A stretch of 64,000 bases of DNA from an uncultured delta proteobacterium. Its GTDB lineage: Bacteria; Myxococcota_A; Polyangia; Polyangiales; Polyangiaceae. Within the stretch, counting starts at the first letter, position 1. Every line of letters begins with the position of its first letter. The DNA lies in the NCBI GenBank assembly GCA_963850305.1, contig CAWKKR010000007.1, forward strand, positions 288,001 through 352,000. The letters are read 5' to 3'. A model generated the notes under the pieces. It had not been told where the DNA came from, made no database searches, and was given only the letters and a program-made list of their open reading frames with translations. The position numbers were made by a program, and so were the translations under genes. Below, one piece after another: positions 1-8,833 of the stretch.

Positions 1-1255
1 TGCCACCGTGCAGCAGAACGAACTCTCGCGCCAATGAGAGACCGATGCCCGTGCCGCCGAACTTCCGGGTTCCCGTCATGTCCACCTGGAAGAATCGATC
101 AAAAAGCGCTTCGGCCATCTCCGGCGGAAAACCCGTGCCGTCGTCCGTGACACTGATGGCCACCGAGTCGTCATTGTCCTGCAGAACGACGTCTATGTTT
201 CCATTCGTGTGCGTGAACTTCGCTGCGTTCGACAAGAGGTTCACGAACACCCGCTCGAGGCGCTCGAGGTCGCAAAAAATCCGGCAGGTCTCGACGTTCG
301 ATTCGAAGCTGAGCTCAATCGACTTTCGCTGGGCGAGTGGTTGCACCTGACCAACCAGCTCGCGAAGGTAGGAAACCAGATCGTGCTCCGCGACGCGTAG
401 ACGCAGGCGCGACTCCGTCAATTTGGAAAGGTCCAGGAGGTCCCCGATGAGCTTCAGGAGCTTCACGCCGCTTCGAAGCATGGACTGCAGCGACCCGCGC
501 TGAGGCTCGGTCAACTTTCCCATTTCGCCCTGGATCATGAGCTCGAGCGGGGCCAGAATCATGGTCAGCGGAGTTTTCAGCTCGTGCGTGATGTTTGCGA
601 AAAACTCGGACTTGAAGCGGTCGAGTTCGCGAAGTCTCTCCAGCGTCCCGACCAGATCCGAGGACGCGCGAGCGAGCGAGGAGCGGGCGTTGAACTCCTC
701 TCGAGCGAGACGAAAGCGGACCGCGCTCGCCGCGATCGCAAGACCGGACGTGAGAACCAGGAAGTAGAGATTGTTGCTGAACGTTCGGGGGTCGAACGTC
801 GCGCCTCGGATTCCAAACAGAGACGCGCCGACCCAAAGGGTGACCGTGGAACCACAAAGGAAGGCCATGTACTTCCAATGCCAGTTATAAAGAAGACAGA
901 AAGCGAGAATGGTTGCATTGAGTCCCGCGTAGTAGGGCGAGCCGTACCCTCCGAGGCGCCACATCATCACCAGAACCCCGCCTTGGCAGACCATCGACAA
1001 TGCCGCCGCGGGCCAACCGGGGTGGCGTTGAAAGACAGGCGTGTACGTCAGTGGCAGGACTAGCAACGCCAAGATCGCCGACACGAGGCGGATCAATAAA
1101 AAGTCCGCCACCTGTTCGGGATGTGTCAGCTCATCGAGTATGACCCCGGAGGGGATGGCAATCGCGGCAAGTACGGACCCGAGACGTGTGGCCGAGACGG
1201 TGGCATCGATGGTCTGCTGTTCGAAGGTCCGATCCTTGTACGCTGCGGAGGCCAT
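1..1255 (-). CDS. Membrane sensor histidine kinase (multi-TM input + HisKA + HATPase), PhcS-like position; 3' end runs off the window
   Basis: Not in the ORF track because it has no stop in the window. Read manually from ATG 1255, which overlaps the upstream stop (TGATG). Sequence: MASAAYKDRTFEQQ, several hydrophobic segments including GSPYYAGLN and FSNNLYFLVLTSGLAIAA, H-box FFANITHELKTPLT, N-box VNLLSNAAKFT, G1 VTDDGTGFP, G2 GGTGIGLSLAREFVLLHGG. Confidence 0.93.
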   Translation of the reverse strand, partial: MASAAYKDRTFEQQTIDATVSATRLGSVLAAIAIPSGVILDELTHPEQVADFLLIRLVSAILALLVLPLTYTPVFQRHPGWPAAALSMVCQGGVLVMMWRLGGYGSPYYAGLNATILAFCLLYNWHWKYMAFLCGSTVTLWVGASLFGIRGATFDPRTFSNNLYFLVLTSGLAIAASAVRFRLAREEFNARSSLARASSDLVGTLERLRELDRFKSEFFANITHELKTPLTMILAPLELMIQGEMGKLTEPQRGSLQSMLRSGVKLLKLIGDLLDLSKLTESRLRLRVAEHDLVSYLRELVGQVQPLAQRKSIELSFESNVETCRIFCDLERLERVFVNLLSNAAKFTHTNGNIDVVLQDNDDSVAISVTDDGTGFPPEMAEALFDRFFQVDMTGTRKFGGTGIGLSLAREFVLLHGG

Positions 1256-2749
1256 CACCGGACGATTCGCAAAAACAAGTTAATGCCGCTCGGTTCGCTT
1301 CCCACGTCGATACTCGTCGGCTCGGGCAGGAGGGACCGCCCCAGAGCTTCGAGCTCTTCCGGAGAGCGATGCACCAGAAACCAGTCCAAATAGTATTCCA
1401 TCACCCAGCGGGAAGGGTTGTGCCTGGCCACGTTACCGACAATGAGCACGCCACTCGAAACCAGCGCTTCATAGAGGGTCGACAGAAGCCGTGGGAAGGT
1501 GGCTTCGCTCAGATAATCGAAGAGTCCTGCGCTGTAGATGAGTTCACGCCGTCCGAGCGCCTCGGACAAGCGGCGCGTGGTCAGGAGGCGCCGCACGGAC
1601 TCTCGGATGAAGTCGACGCGGGCGCCCGTCTCCACGGCAAGTGGCCCTAAAGTCCGTTCGCAAAAAGCGATCGAGCGTTCTTCCTGATCGATGAGTGCAA
1701 TATCGAGGCGGCGCCCAAGGTGCGGAGCGTCTTCCAGCAGTTTTCGGATCTCGCGCGTCGGTCCGCAGCCGATACTGGCGATGCGAACGCGCTCGCATTC
1801 GCTTCTTTCGATTAGCGTCCTTATCTCTGATGCGAAGTATGCGATGCGGTTGATATTTGCGCGGGCCGCGCCTTCCTGTGTGGCATAGAGGTTCAGCGCT
1901 TTTGCAAACAGGGAGTCACCCTCGGCGTGGTCGCGATACAGCATGTTCATCATTTCGTAGTCGCCGGCGTAGCCGAGGGGCTTTTGATAAGCGCGGCGTA
2001 TGAACGGGGATTCGACGAAGAGCGGCATGAAGTGCGTGCGCAGGAATGCGCGGTACATGGCGTGTTGCGTCTCCGACAGATGAGATACGAGTCGACCTAG
2101 CTCTTCGGAGAACCCATTGAGCCGGGAGACGACGAGTGGTGCTGCTTCTTCGAGGAACGTGCGCAACCCTTCTTCGCGCGTGAGTCGATCTTCGCCTTGC
2201 AACGCTGCCTCTTCCCTCGACAGAAACGTCCTCATGGCATCGAGGTAAGCGCGGACGTCGGCGACGAATGCCTTGAATTCCGGCGCAATCTGATCCAATC
2301 GCAGATCGCTTTCGGCAGCCTGCAATCGTTCAGCGAACCCGTTTCGTGCGTCGTGACGGTACAGTTCCGCCAAATTCACGCCATGGGATGCAAATTCCAC
2401 CCCGACGACGACGTGCGCTCCCCGCTCCGCGATGCGGCGAACGACCGCCGACCCTTCATAGAGCACCCCCCGCGCACACCTCATGACGATCTCGGAAAGT
2501 CTATCCCCGGCGAGGATGAGCGAGTTCGAGAGCTGGGAGCTGGGAACGACCAACGCGGCGCCCTGGGGTGACAGAATCCTCGACGACCGCCTCGAGCGCG
2601 AGTTCGGCCCGCCGGGCCAGTGCCGTGATGCGGCCCAGCTTCAGGTCTTCGACTCGAATGCGTCGGGTACGCAGGCGCTGATCGCTCTTCGGCGGAATCG
2701 ATGTGACGGACGCCGAGGTCGTAGGTGAGGGGGGCTCGGCTATGGACAT
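1255..2749 (-). CDS. PilZ-like domain + class I SAM-dependent methyltransferase (PhcB-like); apparent +1 frameshift near 2575
   Basis: ORF 1255-2553 has RRAYQKPLGYAGDYEMMNMLY, SAM motif IASIGCGP, IYSAGLFDYL and MEYYLDWFLVHRS. The N-terminus is in another frame from ATG 2749 (AAGGAG RBS upstream). Removing one T gives continuous VVEDLSPQGAALVVPSS. Confidence 0.8.
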
Positions 2750-2981
2750 TGACCAACGGCTCCTTGCAGGGATGGGAGTTTCAATGAGCGTCAGGCGCAA
2801 GGCTCATCAGGAGCTCTCGCGCGACATGCGGGCACACCCCGCAGTGCGCGTGCGAAGGAATCTCCTCGACGTTGCGACCGCATCGAACACATTCTCCATC
2901 GACAACAATGTGTCTCAGACGACGTCGCCGTCACTCAGCGCGAAGGTGAAGCGGCGAAAACTCGTGTGGCGCCACTCGTCA

Positions 2982-3400
2982 GTAGTTCCGCATCGACGCG
3001 CGCGTCGTCCCCGAGGAATGAAAGCGGTGCGGAACTACCGAGCGCAGCGAGTACCGGGGGGAGGGGTTGCGTAGCAAGCCCCGGGGGGCGGGCAACGCCC
3101 CCCTTTCTTAGTAGTTCCGCATCGACGAGCAGCGTCGTCCCCGAAGGATCAAAGAGCTGCGGAACTACGCGAGCGGAGCGAGCACGCCGAAGGCGGCGGG
3201 GGGAGCGGTTGCGAAGCAAGCCGCGGGGGGCAAGGCCCCCCTTTGTTAGTAGTTCCGCATCGACGAGCAGCGTCGTCCCCGAAGGATCAAAGAGCTGCGG
3301 AACTACGCGAGCGGAGCGAGCACGCCGAAGGCGGCGGGGGGAGCGGTTGCGAAGCAAGCCGCGGGGGCCAAGGCCCCCCTTTGTTAGTAGTTCCGCATCA
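2982..3400. repeat. Tandem array of palindromic REP/MITE-like units (129, 138, 138 bp + partial 4th)
   Basis: GTAGTTCCGCA starts at 2982, 3111, 3249 and 3387. Its reverse complement TGCGGAACTAC is at 3028, 3158 and 3296. Units 2 and 3 are near-identical and unit 1 is diverged. Each full unit ends with a G-run/C-run hairpin (e.g. GGGGGGCAAGGCCCCCC). Confidence 0.95.
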
Positions 3401-3413
3401 GTTGCTTCTCGGC

Positions 3414-4676
3414 TCATGGATTCTCCTCGCAGCTCGGTAACACCACTCGGAACAGCACACCCCCTCCGGAACGATTCGCGACGTCGATGGCGCCTCCGGC
3501 CTCCTCCACGATGGCCTTGGAGATGGCGAGCCCCAGCCCGGTATTTCGCGCGGAGGTTCCCGCGTGGAGTGGATCGAACAGCGCGAGCAGATCCTTTTCC
3601 TCGATGTTCGGGCCGTTGTCCATGATCTCGAGCCGCACGGTCCCGTCTTCTTCGAAGAGCCTGACGACGATGAAGCGATCTTCGGGCGCGCGCTCCCCGA
3701 CTGCGTCGATCGCGTTGACGAGAAGGTTCAACGCGACCTGGCTCAGCTTTGCGCTCGTGCAGCGCACCTTCGGCACTGCCCGGATGTCGAGACGCACGTC
3801 GGTTCCGTGGCGAATCTCCGCCCGGACGAGCTTCAGCGCGACCCGAAGCACCTCGGTCATCTCCACGAGCTCCGTGTCGCCGTTCGTCGCCGGGAGCTCC
3901 ACGCTGTGCGCGATATCGAGCACGCGGTCCGAGCCCTGGAGAGCGCGTTCCAGGAACTGCTCGACCTCGAGCAGCTTCGTTCTGAGAGTGCGTAGCTCGG
4001 GGCTCGATTGCAGTTCGAGACGGTTCGCGACCGAACGCAACTCGGTCCGCGACGCGACGAGAGAGTCTCGAATCCACGACGCCGGCCGGGCGAGCTCGCG
4101 CCCGATCCCGGCTGCGACCAGCCCGAGGGCGTAGACCCGCTCGGTGAGTAGCAGGCGTTTCTCCGCCGTCCGCACGCGCTGCCGTAGCTCGTAGAGATCG
4201 AGGGAATCGGAGATCTCGGCGCGGAGCTCGGGAAGGGTGCACGGCTTTTTCAGGTAACGCCGCACATGGCCGCGGTTGATCGCGTCGATCGACGCGTCGA
4301 TGTCGGAGTAAGCCGTGATCAGGATGCGGATCGTCTCGGGGAACTCGGTGCGGACCTGTTCCAGCAGCTGAATGCCCGTCGTGCGCGGCATGCGCTGGTC
4401 GGCGAGGATCACGCCCACCTCGTGCTCGCGCATCAACGCCAGGGCATGTTCGGCCCCATTCGCCGTGAGCGCACGGAACCGGTCGGTGCACGCCGCTTCC
4501 CAGACGACGAGATTGGACTCGTCGTCATCGACGAAGAGAACGTGTGCCGCCGAATGTCTGCTGGACACCGAGACGTGGCTGCTGCGGCCGGAAGTCACGG
4601 GCCTCGCGCGGCCGGCCTCGCGCTCGAGACCGTCATCGTGCGTTCGCGCCGCACCCGAGTCAGCGGTCGATCGCAT
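3414..4676 (-). CDS. Hybrid response regulator receiver + histidine-kinase-like protein (degenerate H-box), PhcR-like architecture
   Basis: REC domain: VLFVDDDESN, ILADQRMPRTTG, ILITAYSD, YLKKP. Kinase-like part: GLVAAGIGRELARP (His replaced by Arg), QVALNLLVNAIDA, MDNGPNI, TGLGLAISKAIVE. GGAGG lies upstream of ATG 4676. Confidence 0.9.
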   Translation of the reverse strand: MRSTADSGAARTHDDGLEREAGRARPVTSGRSSHVSVSSRHSAAHVLFVDDDESNLVVWEAACTDRFRALTANGAEHALALMREHEVGVILADQRMPRTTGIQLLEQVRTEFPETIRILITAYSDIDASIDAINRGHVRRYLKKPCTLPELRAEISDSLDLYELRQRVRTAEKRLLLTERVYALGLVAAGIGRELARPASWIRDSLVASRTELRSVANRLELQSSPELRTLRTKLLEVEQFLERALQGSDRVLDIAHSVELPATNGDTELVEMTEVLRVALKLVRAEIRHGTDVRLDIRAVPKVRCTSAKLSQVALNLLVNAIDAVGERAPEDRFIVVRLFEEDGTVRLEIMDNGPNIEEKDLLALFDPLHAGTSARNTGLGLAISKAIVEEAGGAIDVANRSGGGVLFRVVLPSCEENP

Positions 4677-4964
4677 GGACCCTCCCAGGCACGGTCGACT
4701 CGCCCGGTCTCGCTCCGGGCGTCCGCGCCATCAGGTGCGTCGTGCTCCGTGTCCATCGTGTCGAGTGCACAGTCGATCCTTGAATACGGCTCCGAGCAAC
4801 CTTCATCTAGTAACACGAACATACTCGCGCTCGTGACGGCAAATCCTCGTGCGTGCTCGGCCGTCGACTTAGCGAAGCCAGTGTTCGTGCACGCGAGTTT
4901 TGTGCGCGTTCCACGATGCCGTTCGTGAACGTGACCGCTCGTGACGTTCCACGTTGCGAGTCGG

Positions 4965-6212
4965 TTACGTGATCGTTACGCGAGAGTGTCCGTCGTTTGT
5001 GTTCGCTGGAGCCAGAGCTCGTTCTAGCGCAGTGATCCGTCTCGCTCGTCGACCCGCGGAAGTCCGGCATTGTTTGCGTTTCGTTGCCAGGCCGGGTCCT
5101 CGTGGACGCAGGCTCGCGTCCCGGGCCAGCGCCGACGATGTAGATGAGGGCGGGGCAGCATGCCTGGAGTGCCCGGCCAGGAGTGCGCCGCCGGTCGCGA
5201 CCCAGAAGAGCTCGCGTAATCGCTTGAGCACCATGAACGCGCAACAGCAGGTCGGGTCGCAGCCCATGCCGGCGAGGAACACGGCGTAACCTATTTCCTG
5301 CACGCCGAGGCCGCCGGGGACGACGACGAGCAAGTTGCGGCCGAGCACGACGAGCGCTTCGACGCCGACGGCATCACCCCACGCGATGTTCGAACCCAGG
5401 AGATGAAGCAAGAGCCACGTTTCGGTCGCTTCCGAGAGCCATGCGAGGAGGCAGGGTGTGGCGAGCCGGAGTCGCAGGTTGAGGCTCGCGCCGAAGAACC
5501 GCGTCGCGGTTTCGTCCGAACGAGCGAGTTCGGCGTCCCAGGAAGCGAGTTTCTCCCGGAGAGCGCGGCACGGCAGCCTCGCGAGTGCGCGAAGCGCGGC
5601 ATGGAACGCAAGGCTGCCGCGGAGCGACAGTGCCATCGCCTCCGAAGAAAGAAGAAGACCCAGGGCCGCACCCGGGACGAGCACTGCCCAGTTGCTGGAG
5701 CCCGCCAGCCAATCGAACCCTACTCCGAGGGCGTGATGGCCCAGTACGAATCCCGCCAGCAGGTACACGCTCTGCGCGAGGAGCAGGAGGTATCTGCGAG
5801 AAGCGACGCCTACGACGTTGGTCGATGTCGGCGTGCCGCAGTGCTTCGGTAGAAGATGCAGCTTGAGCCCTTCTGCCCAAACCGCACCGAACGGCAGAAT
5901 CGATCCCGCGGACTCGCTCGCGACGCGAACCCGAACGAGCGCCCAGAACGTGGGGCGCGGCCCGAGAATCGAGAACGCGCTCCGCCAGGCGAACACCTCG
6001 AGCGAGAGCGCGGCGAACGAAGGCAGGATGACGACGGCGGCAGAGAGTCCCAACCCTCGGATCAGTCTCGCCACGTGCGACAGATCAATCCCGCGAAAGG
6101 CGACGTATGAAAGAAAGCCGCCGGCCAGGATGCCGGCGATTCGGACGATGCTGCCGGGACTGGCTCCCAGGACGCGTACGGGGCCGCCGGCGGTCCATGC
6201 TTCCCCGGGCAT
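4965..6212 (-). CDS. Lysylphosphatidylglycerol-synthase-TM / flippase-like membrane protein
   Basis: Multi-TM ORF with VVPGGLGVQEIG and KRLRELFW motifs; start and end uncertain. Confidence 0.75.
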   Translation of the reverse strand: MPGEAWTAGGPVRVLGASPGSIVRIAGILAGGFLSYVAFRGIDLSHVARLIRGLGLSAAVVILPSFAALSLEVFAWRSAFSILGPRPTFWALVRVRVASESAGSILPFGAVWAEGLKLHLLPKHCGTPTSTNVVGVASRRYLLLLAQSVYLLAGFVLGHHALGVGFDWLAGSSNWAVLVPGAALGLLLSSEAMALSLRGSLAFHAALRALARLPCRALREKLASWDAELARSDETATRFFGASLNLRLRLATPCLLAWLSEATETWLLLHLLGSNIAWGDAVGVEALVVLGRNLLVVVPGGLGVQEIGYAVFLAGMGCDPTCCCAFMVLKRLRELFWVATGGALLAGHSRHAAPPSSTSSALARDASLRPRGPGLATKRKQCRTSAGRRARRITALERALAPANTNDGHSRVTIT

Positions 6213-6427
6213 CGTGGCGACGTCCGGTCCCCTTGCGTGCGGGATCGAACTCCAACACTCCCTCGGCTTTTCGGACGGCCGGTATCGAGCATTCGATATC
6301 GCTCCAGCACTTTGCATGCCCGTGCGCCCTGCGAGAGTGCGACCGCTCGAGGGTCAGCCGGCATCGTGCAGGGCCCCGTGCGCCTCGACCGGAGCCATGG
6401 GCACGCGCCAGTCTGGGCGCCTCGTCT

Positions 6428-6457
6428 TTGACAGTGCGGACTGTTACGGTGTAAATT
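6428..6457 (+). promoter_or_regulatory. Sigma70-type promoter with overlapping inverted repeat (candidate MerR operator)
   Basis: TTGACA (6428)-N18-TAAATT (6452). Inverted repeat TGACAGT-GCGG-ACTGTTA at 6429-6446. The ATG is 7 nt after the -10. Confidence 0.6.
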
Positions 6458-6464
6458 CGCGAGA

Positions 6465-7250
6465 ATGCCTGGAGAAAGTGAGCAGACCAGCGCTGCCGGT
6501 GCGGATTCGGAGCGACCGGGGGGCGCGCTGACGATCGACGAACTCGCCGCACAGACCGGGGTGCCGAGTCGGACCATCCGCTTCTATCAAGCCAAGGGGG
6601 CGCTCGCTCCGCCCGTTCGAAGGGGGCGCGTCGCATACTACGACGAATCCCACGCCGAGCGGCTGCGGCTCGTCGCACACATGCAAGATCGCGGGCTCAG
6701 CCTGCGGGCGATCCGTGACTTGTTCCAGCGAACCGAAGGCGGAGACGTCTCGGTTTCCCAGTGGCTCGGTGTGGGCGAACAACTCCGGGCCCCCTGGACC
6801 GACGATCGTCCTCGAGTGTGCACCGAAGAGGAGTTGGAGCAACTGCTCGGCGGTCCCCTCCGTCCCGGACTCATTTCCGACCTGACACGAACCGGTCTCC
6901 TGCGGCGTGAGACGGGAACTTCGCCCACGACGTATTTCATTCAGAGCCCGGCGATGCTCCAGATCGCGCTGAGCCTCGAAATGGCGGGCGTCGGGATCGA
7001 AACGGCGCACATCGCTCACGACATCCTGCGAAAGCAGATCGGTCGCGCCGCCGACGATCTCGTCGAGTACTTCATTCGCAGCGTTCAGGATGCCGCCGGA
7101 CCGGACGAAGTCACTCGCTCTCTGAGTGCGCTCCGCGCGGCGGGAGCTGAAGCCGTTCGCCTCGTATTTGCGCAGGAGATCGAGCGAGCTCTCCGCGAGG
7201 CCGTGGAGCAGGGGCGCGCCCTGCCTCCGGTCCGGAAGCGTAGGCGCTGA
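6465..7250 (+). CDS. MerR-family transcriptional regulator
   Basis: LTIDELAAQTGVPSRTIRFYQAKGALAPP...YDESHAERLRLV...RGLSLRAIR HTH. Confidence 0.92.
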   Translation: MPGESEQTSAAGADSERPGGALTIDELAAQTGVPSRTIRFYQAKGALAPPVRRGRVAYYDESHAERLRLVAHMQDRGLSLRAIRDLFQRTEGGDVSVSQWLGVGEQLRAPWTDDRPRVCTEEELEQLLGGPLRPGLISDLTRTGLLRRETGTSPTTYFIQSPAMLQIALSLEMAGVGIETAHIAHDILRKQIGRAADDLVEYFIRSVQDAAGPDEVTRSLSALRAAGAEAVRLVFAQEIERALREAVEQGRALPPVRKRRR

Positions 7251-7255
7251 GCCTC

Positions 7256-8788
7256 TCAGCTCGCGTACTTCTCGCGCGCGAGCTTTCGCACCTCCTTCTT
7301 CTGGATCTTGCCGATCGTGGTCTTCGGGAGCGCGCTCACGAACTCGACGTATCTGGGTGTCTTGTACCTGGCCAGGTTCGCCTGGCAGTGAGTCCTCAGT
7401 TCGTCCGTGTCGAGCGTCATTCCGGCCCGGGTAACCACGTACGCGCACACTTCTTCGCCCATGCGCTCGTCAGGAACGCCGACGACGGCGACTTCCTGCA
7501 CCGAGGGGTGACGGTAAATCACTTCCTCGACGTCCTTCGGGTAGACATTGAGGCCGCCGCGAATGATGAGGTCCTTCTTTCTTTCGACGATGAACAGATA
7601 CCCGTCTTCATCGAGGTACCCGATGTCGCCCGTGTGGAGCCAGCCGTCCCGGAACGTCTCGGCAGTGGCGTCGAGGTTTCGGTAATAACCCGGGCTGATA
7701 TTTTCGCCGCGCGCACACACTTCTCCAAGTTCTCCGCACGGCAAGTTGCGACCTTCGTCGTCGATGACTTTGAGCTCCACTCCGGCCATGGCCGTGCCGG
7801 TCGAGCCGGGTTTGCGCGGCATACCCTCTCTCTCCACGGCGAGCCCCGGACTCGCCTCGGTGAGTCCGTAACCGACGTGCATCGTCCCGCCGAACTTCGC
7901 CTCGAATTCGCGGAGCTGCTCGACCGGCATCGGCGCCGCGCCGACGAGCCAGCGTTCGACCGACGACGTGTCGTAACGGGCCGCGTTCGGATGCATCATC
8001 ATGTAAACGAACATGGTCGGAACTCCCGCCATGTACTTCACGCGGTACTTCGCGATCAGCGCCAGCGCCTCTTCGGGATTGAACCAGCGCATGAGCACGT
8101 AACGGCTACCGAACAGATATCCGCTCACCGTGACGCCGAGTCCAAAACTGTGCGCGAGCGGAAGGACCAGCAAGCTCGACTCGCCGCGTTTTCGATCCGC
8201 CGCACTGTTCCACGAGTTCATCGCGTTCGAGTAGAGATTGTGGTGCGTCTGCATCACCCCCTTCGGCTGTCCCGTCGTGCCGCTCGTATAAAGGATGGTG
8301 GCAAGATCCGCAGGACCGCGCGGGACGACGGTCGACAGAGGCGGGCGCGCCGCGACCAGGTCGTCGAACGACAGCGTCCCTTCGGGCAAGCTCGCTCGAT
8401 CTCCGGTCACGATGATTCGCACGTGCGTGCCGAGCGTCTTCGTCGCGGCCTGAACCTTGTGGACCACGTCGGTCGACGTGAGGATCGCCGTCGCACCCGA
8501 GTTCTCGAGAATGAAACCGAGTTCGACCGCCTCCAGCAGAAACAGGACGGGGATCGCCGTCATACCGGCGCGCCAGATCCCCGCGTAGCTGGCGAACACT
8601 TCCGGACGGTTGGGCATCATCACGACGACCTTGTCGTCGGGCGACAACCCCAGGGCGATGAGAGCCGCGGCCAGACGCGCCCCGAGTTCGTGAAGCGCCC
8701 GATTCGAGTACGCGCGTCCCTCGAAGATGACCGAATCGTATTGCCCGTACTCTTCGAGATTCCGATCCGCGAGCGTCGCGAGGTTCAT
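7256..8788 (-). CDS. Long-chain fatty acid-CoA ligase
   Basis: YTSGTTGQPKG, GYGLTEASP, WLHTGDIG, RKKDLIIRGG, PKTTIGKIQK. Confidence 0.95.
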   Translation of the reverse strand: MNLATLADRNLEEYGQYDSVIFEGRAYSNRALHELGARLAAALIALGLSPDDKVVVMMPNRPEVFASYAGIWRAGMTAIPVLFLLEAVELGFILENSGATAILTSTDVVHKVQAATKTLGTHVRIIVTGDRASLPEGTLSFDDLVAARPPLSTVVPRGPADLATILYTSGTTGQPKGVMQTHHNLYSNAMNSWNSAADRKRGESSLLVLPLAHSFGLGVTVSGYLFGSRYVLMRWFNPEEALALIAKYRVKYMAGVPTMFVYMMMHPNAARYDTSSVERWLVGAAPMPVEQLREFEAKFGGTMHVGYGLTEASPGLAVEREGMPRKPGSTGTAMAGVELKVIDDEGRNLPCGELGEVCARGENISPGYYRNLDATAETFRDGWLHTGDIGYLDEDGYLFIVERKKDLIIRGGLNVYPKDVEEVIYRHPSVQEVAVVGVPDERMGEEVCAYVVTRAGMTLDTDELRTHCQANLARYKTPRYVEFVSALPKTTIGKIQKKEVRKLAREKYAS

Positions 8789-8833
8789 GCGCCGTTCCCC
8801 GGGGGTTGCATCGGCGGATGATACTCTCGGACC

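Noticed and set aside
2982..3400. CRISPR array
   Set aside because: The sequences between the conserved arms are themselves repeated rather than unique spacers, the period is 129-138 bp, and no cas genes are present.
2935..4491. 518-aa minus-strand ORF and 219-aa plus-strand ORF crossing the repeat array
   Set aside because: These are off-frame or antisense shadows of the regulator gene extended through GC-rich repeats, with Arg/Pro-rich composition and no motifs.
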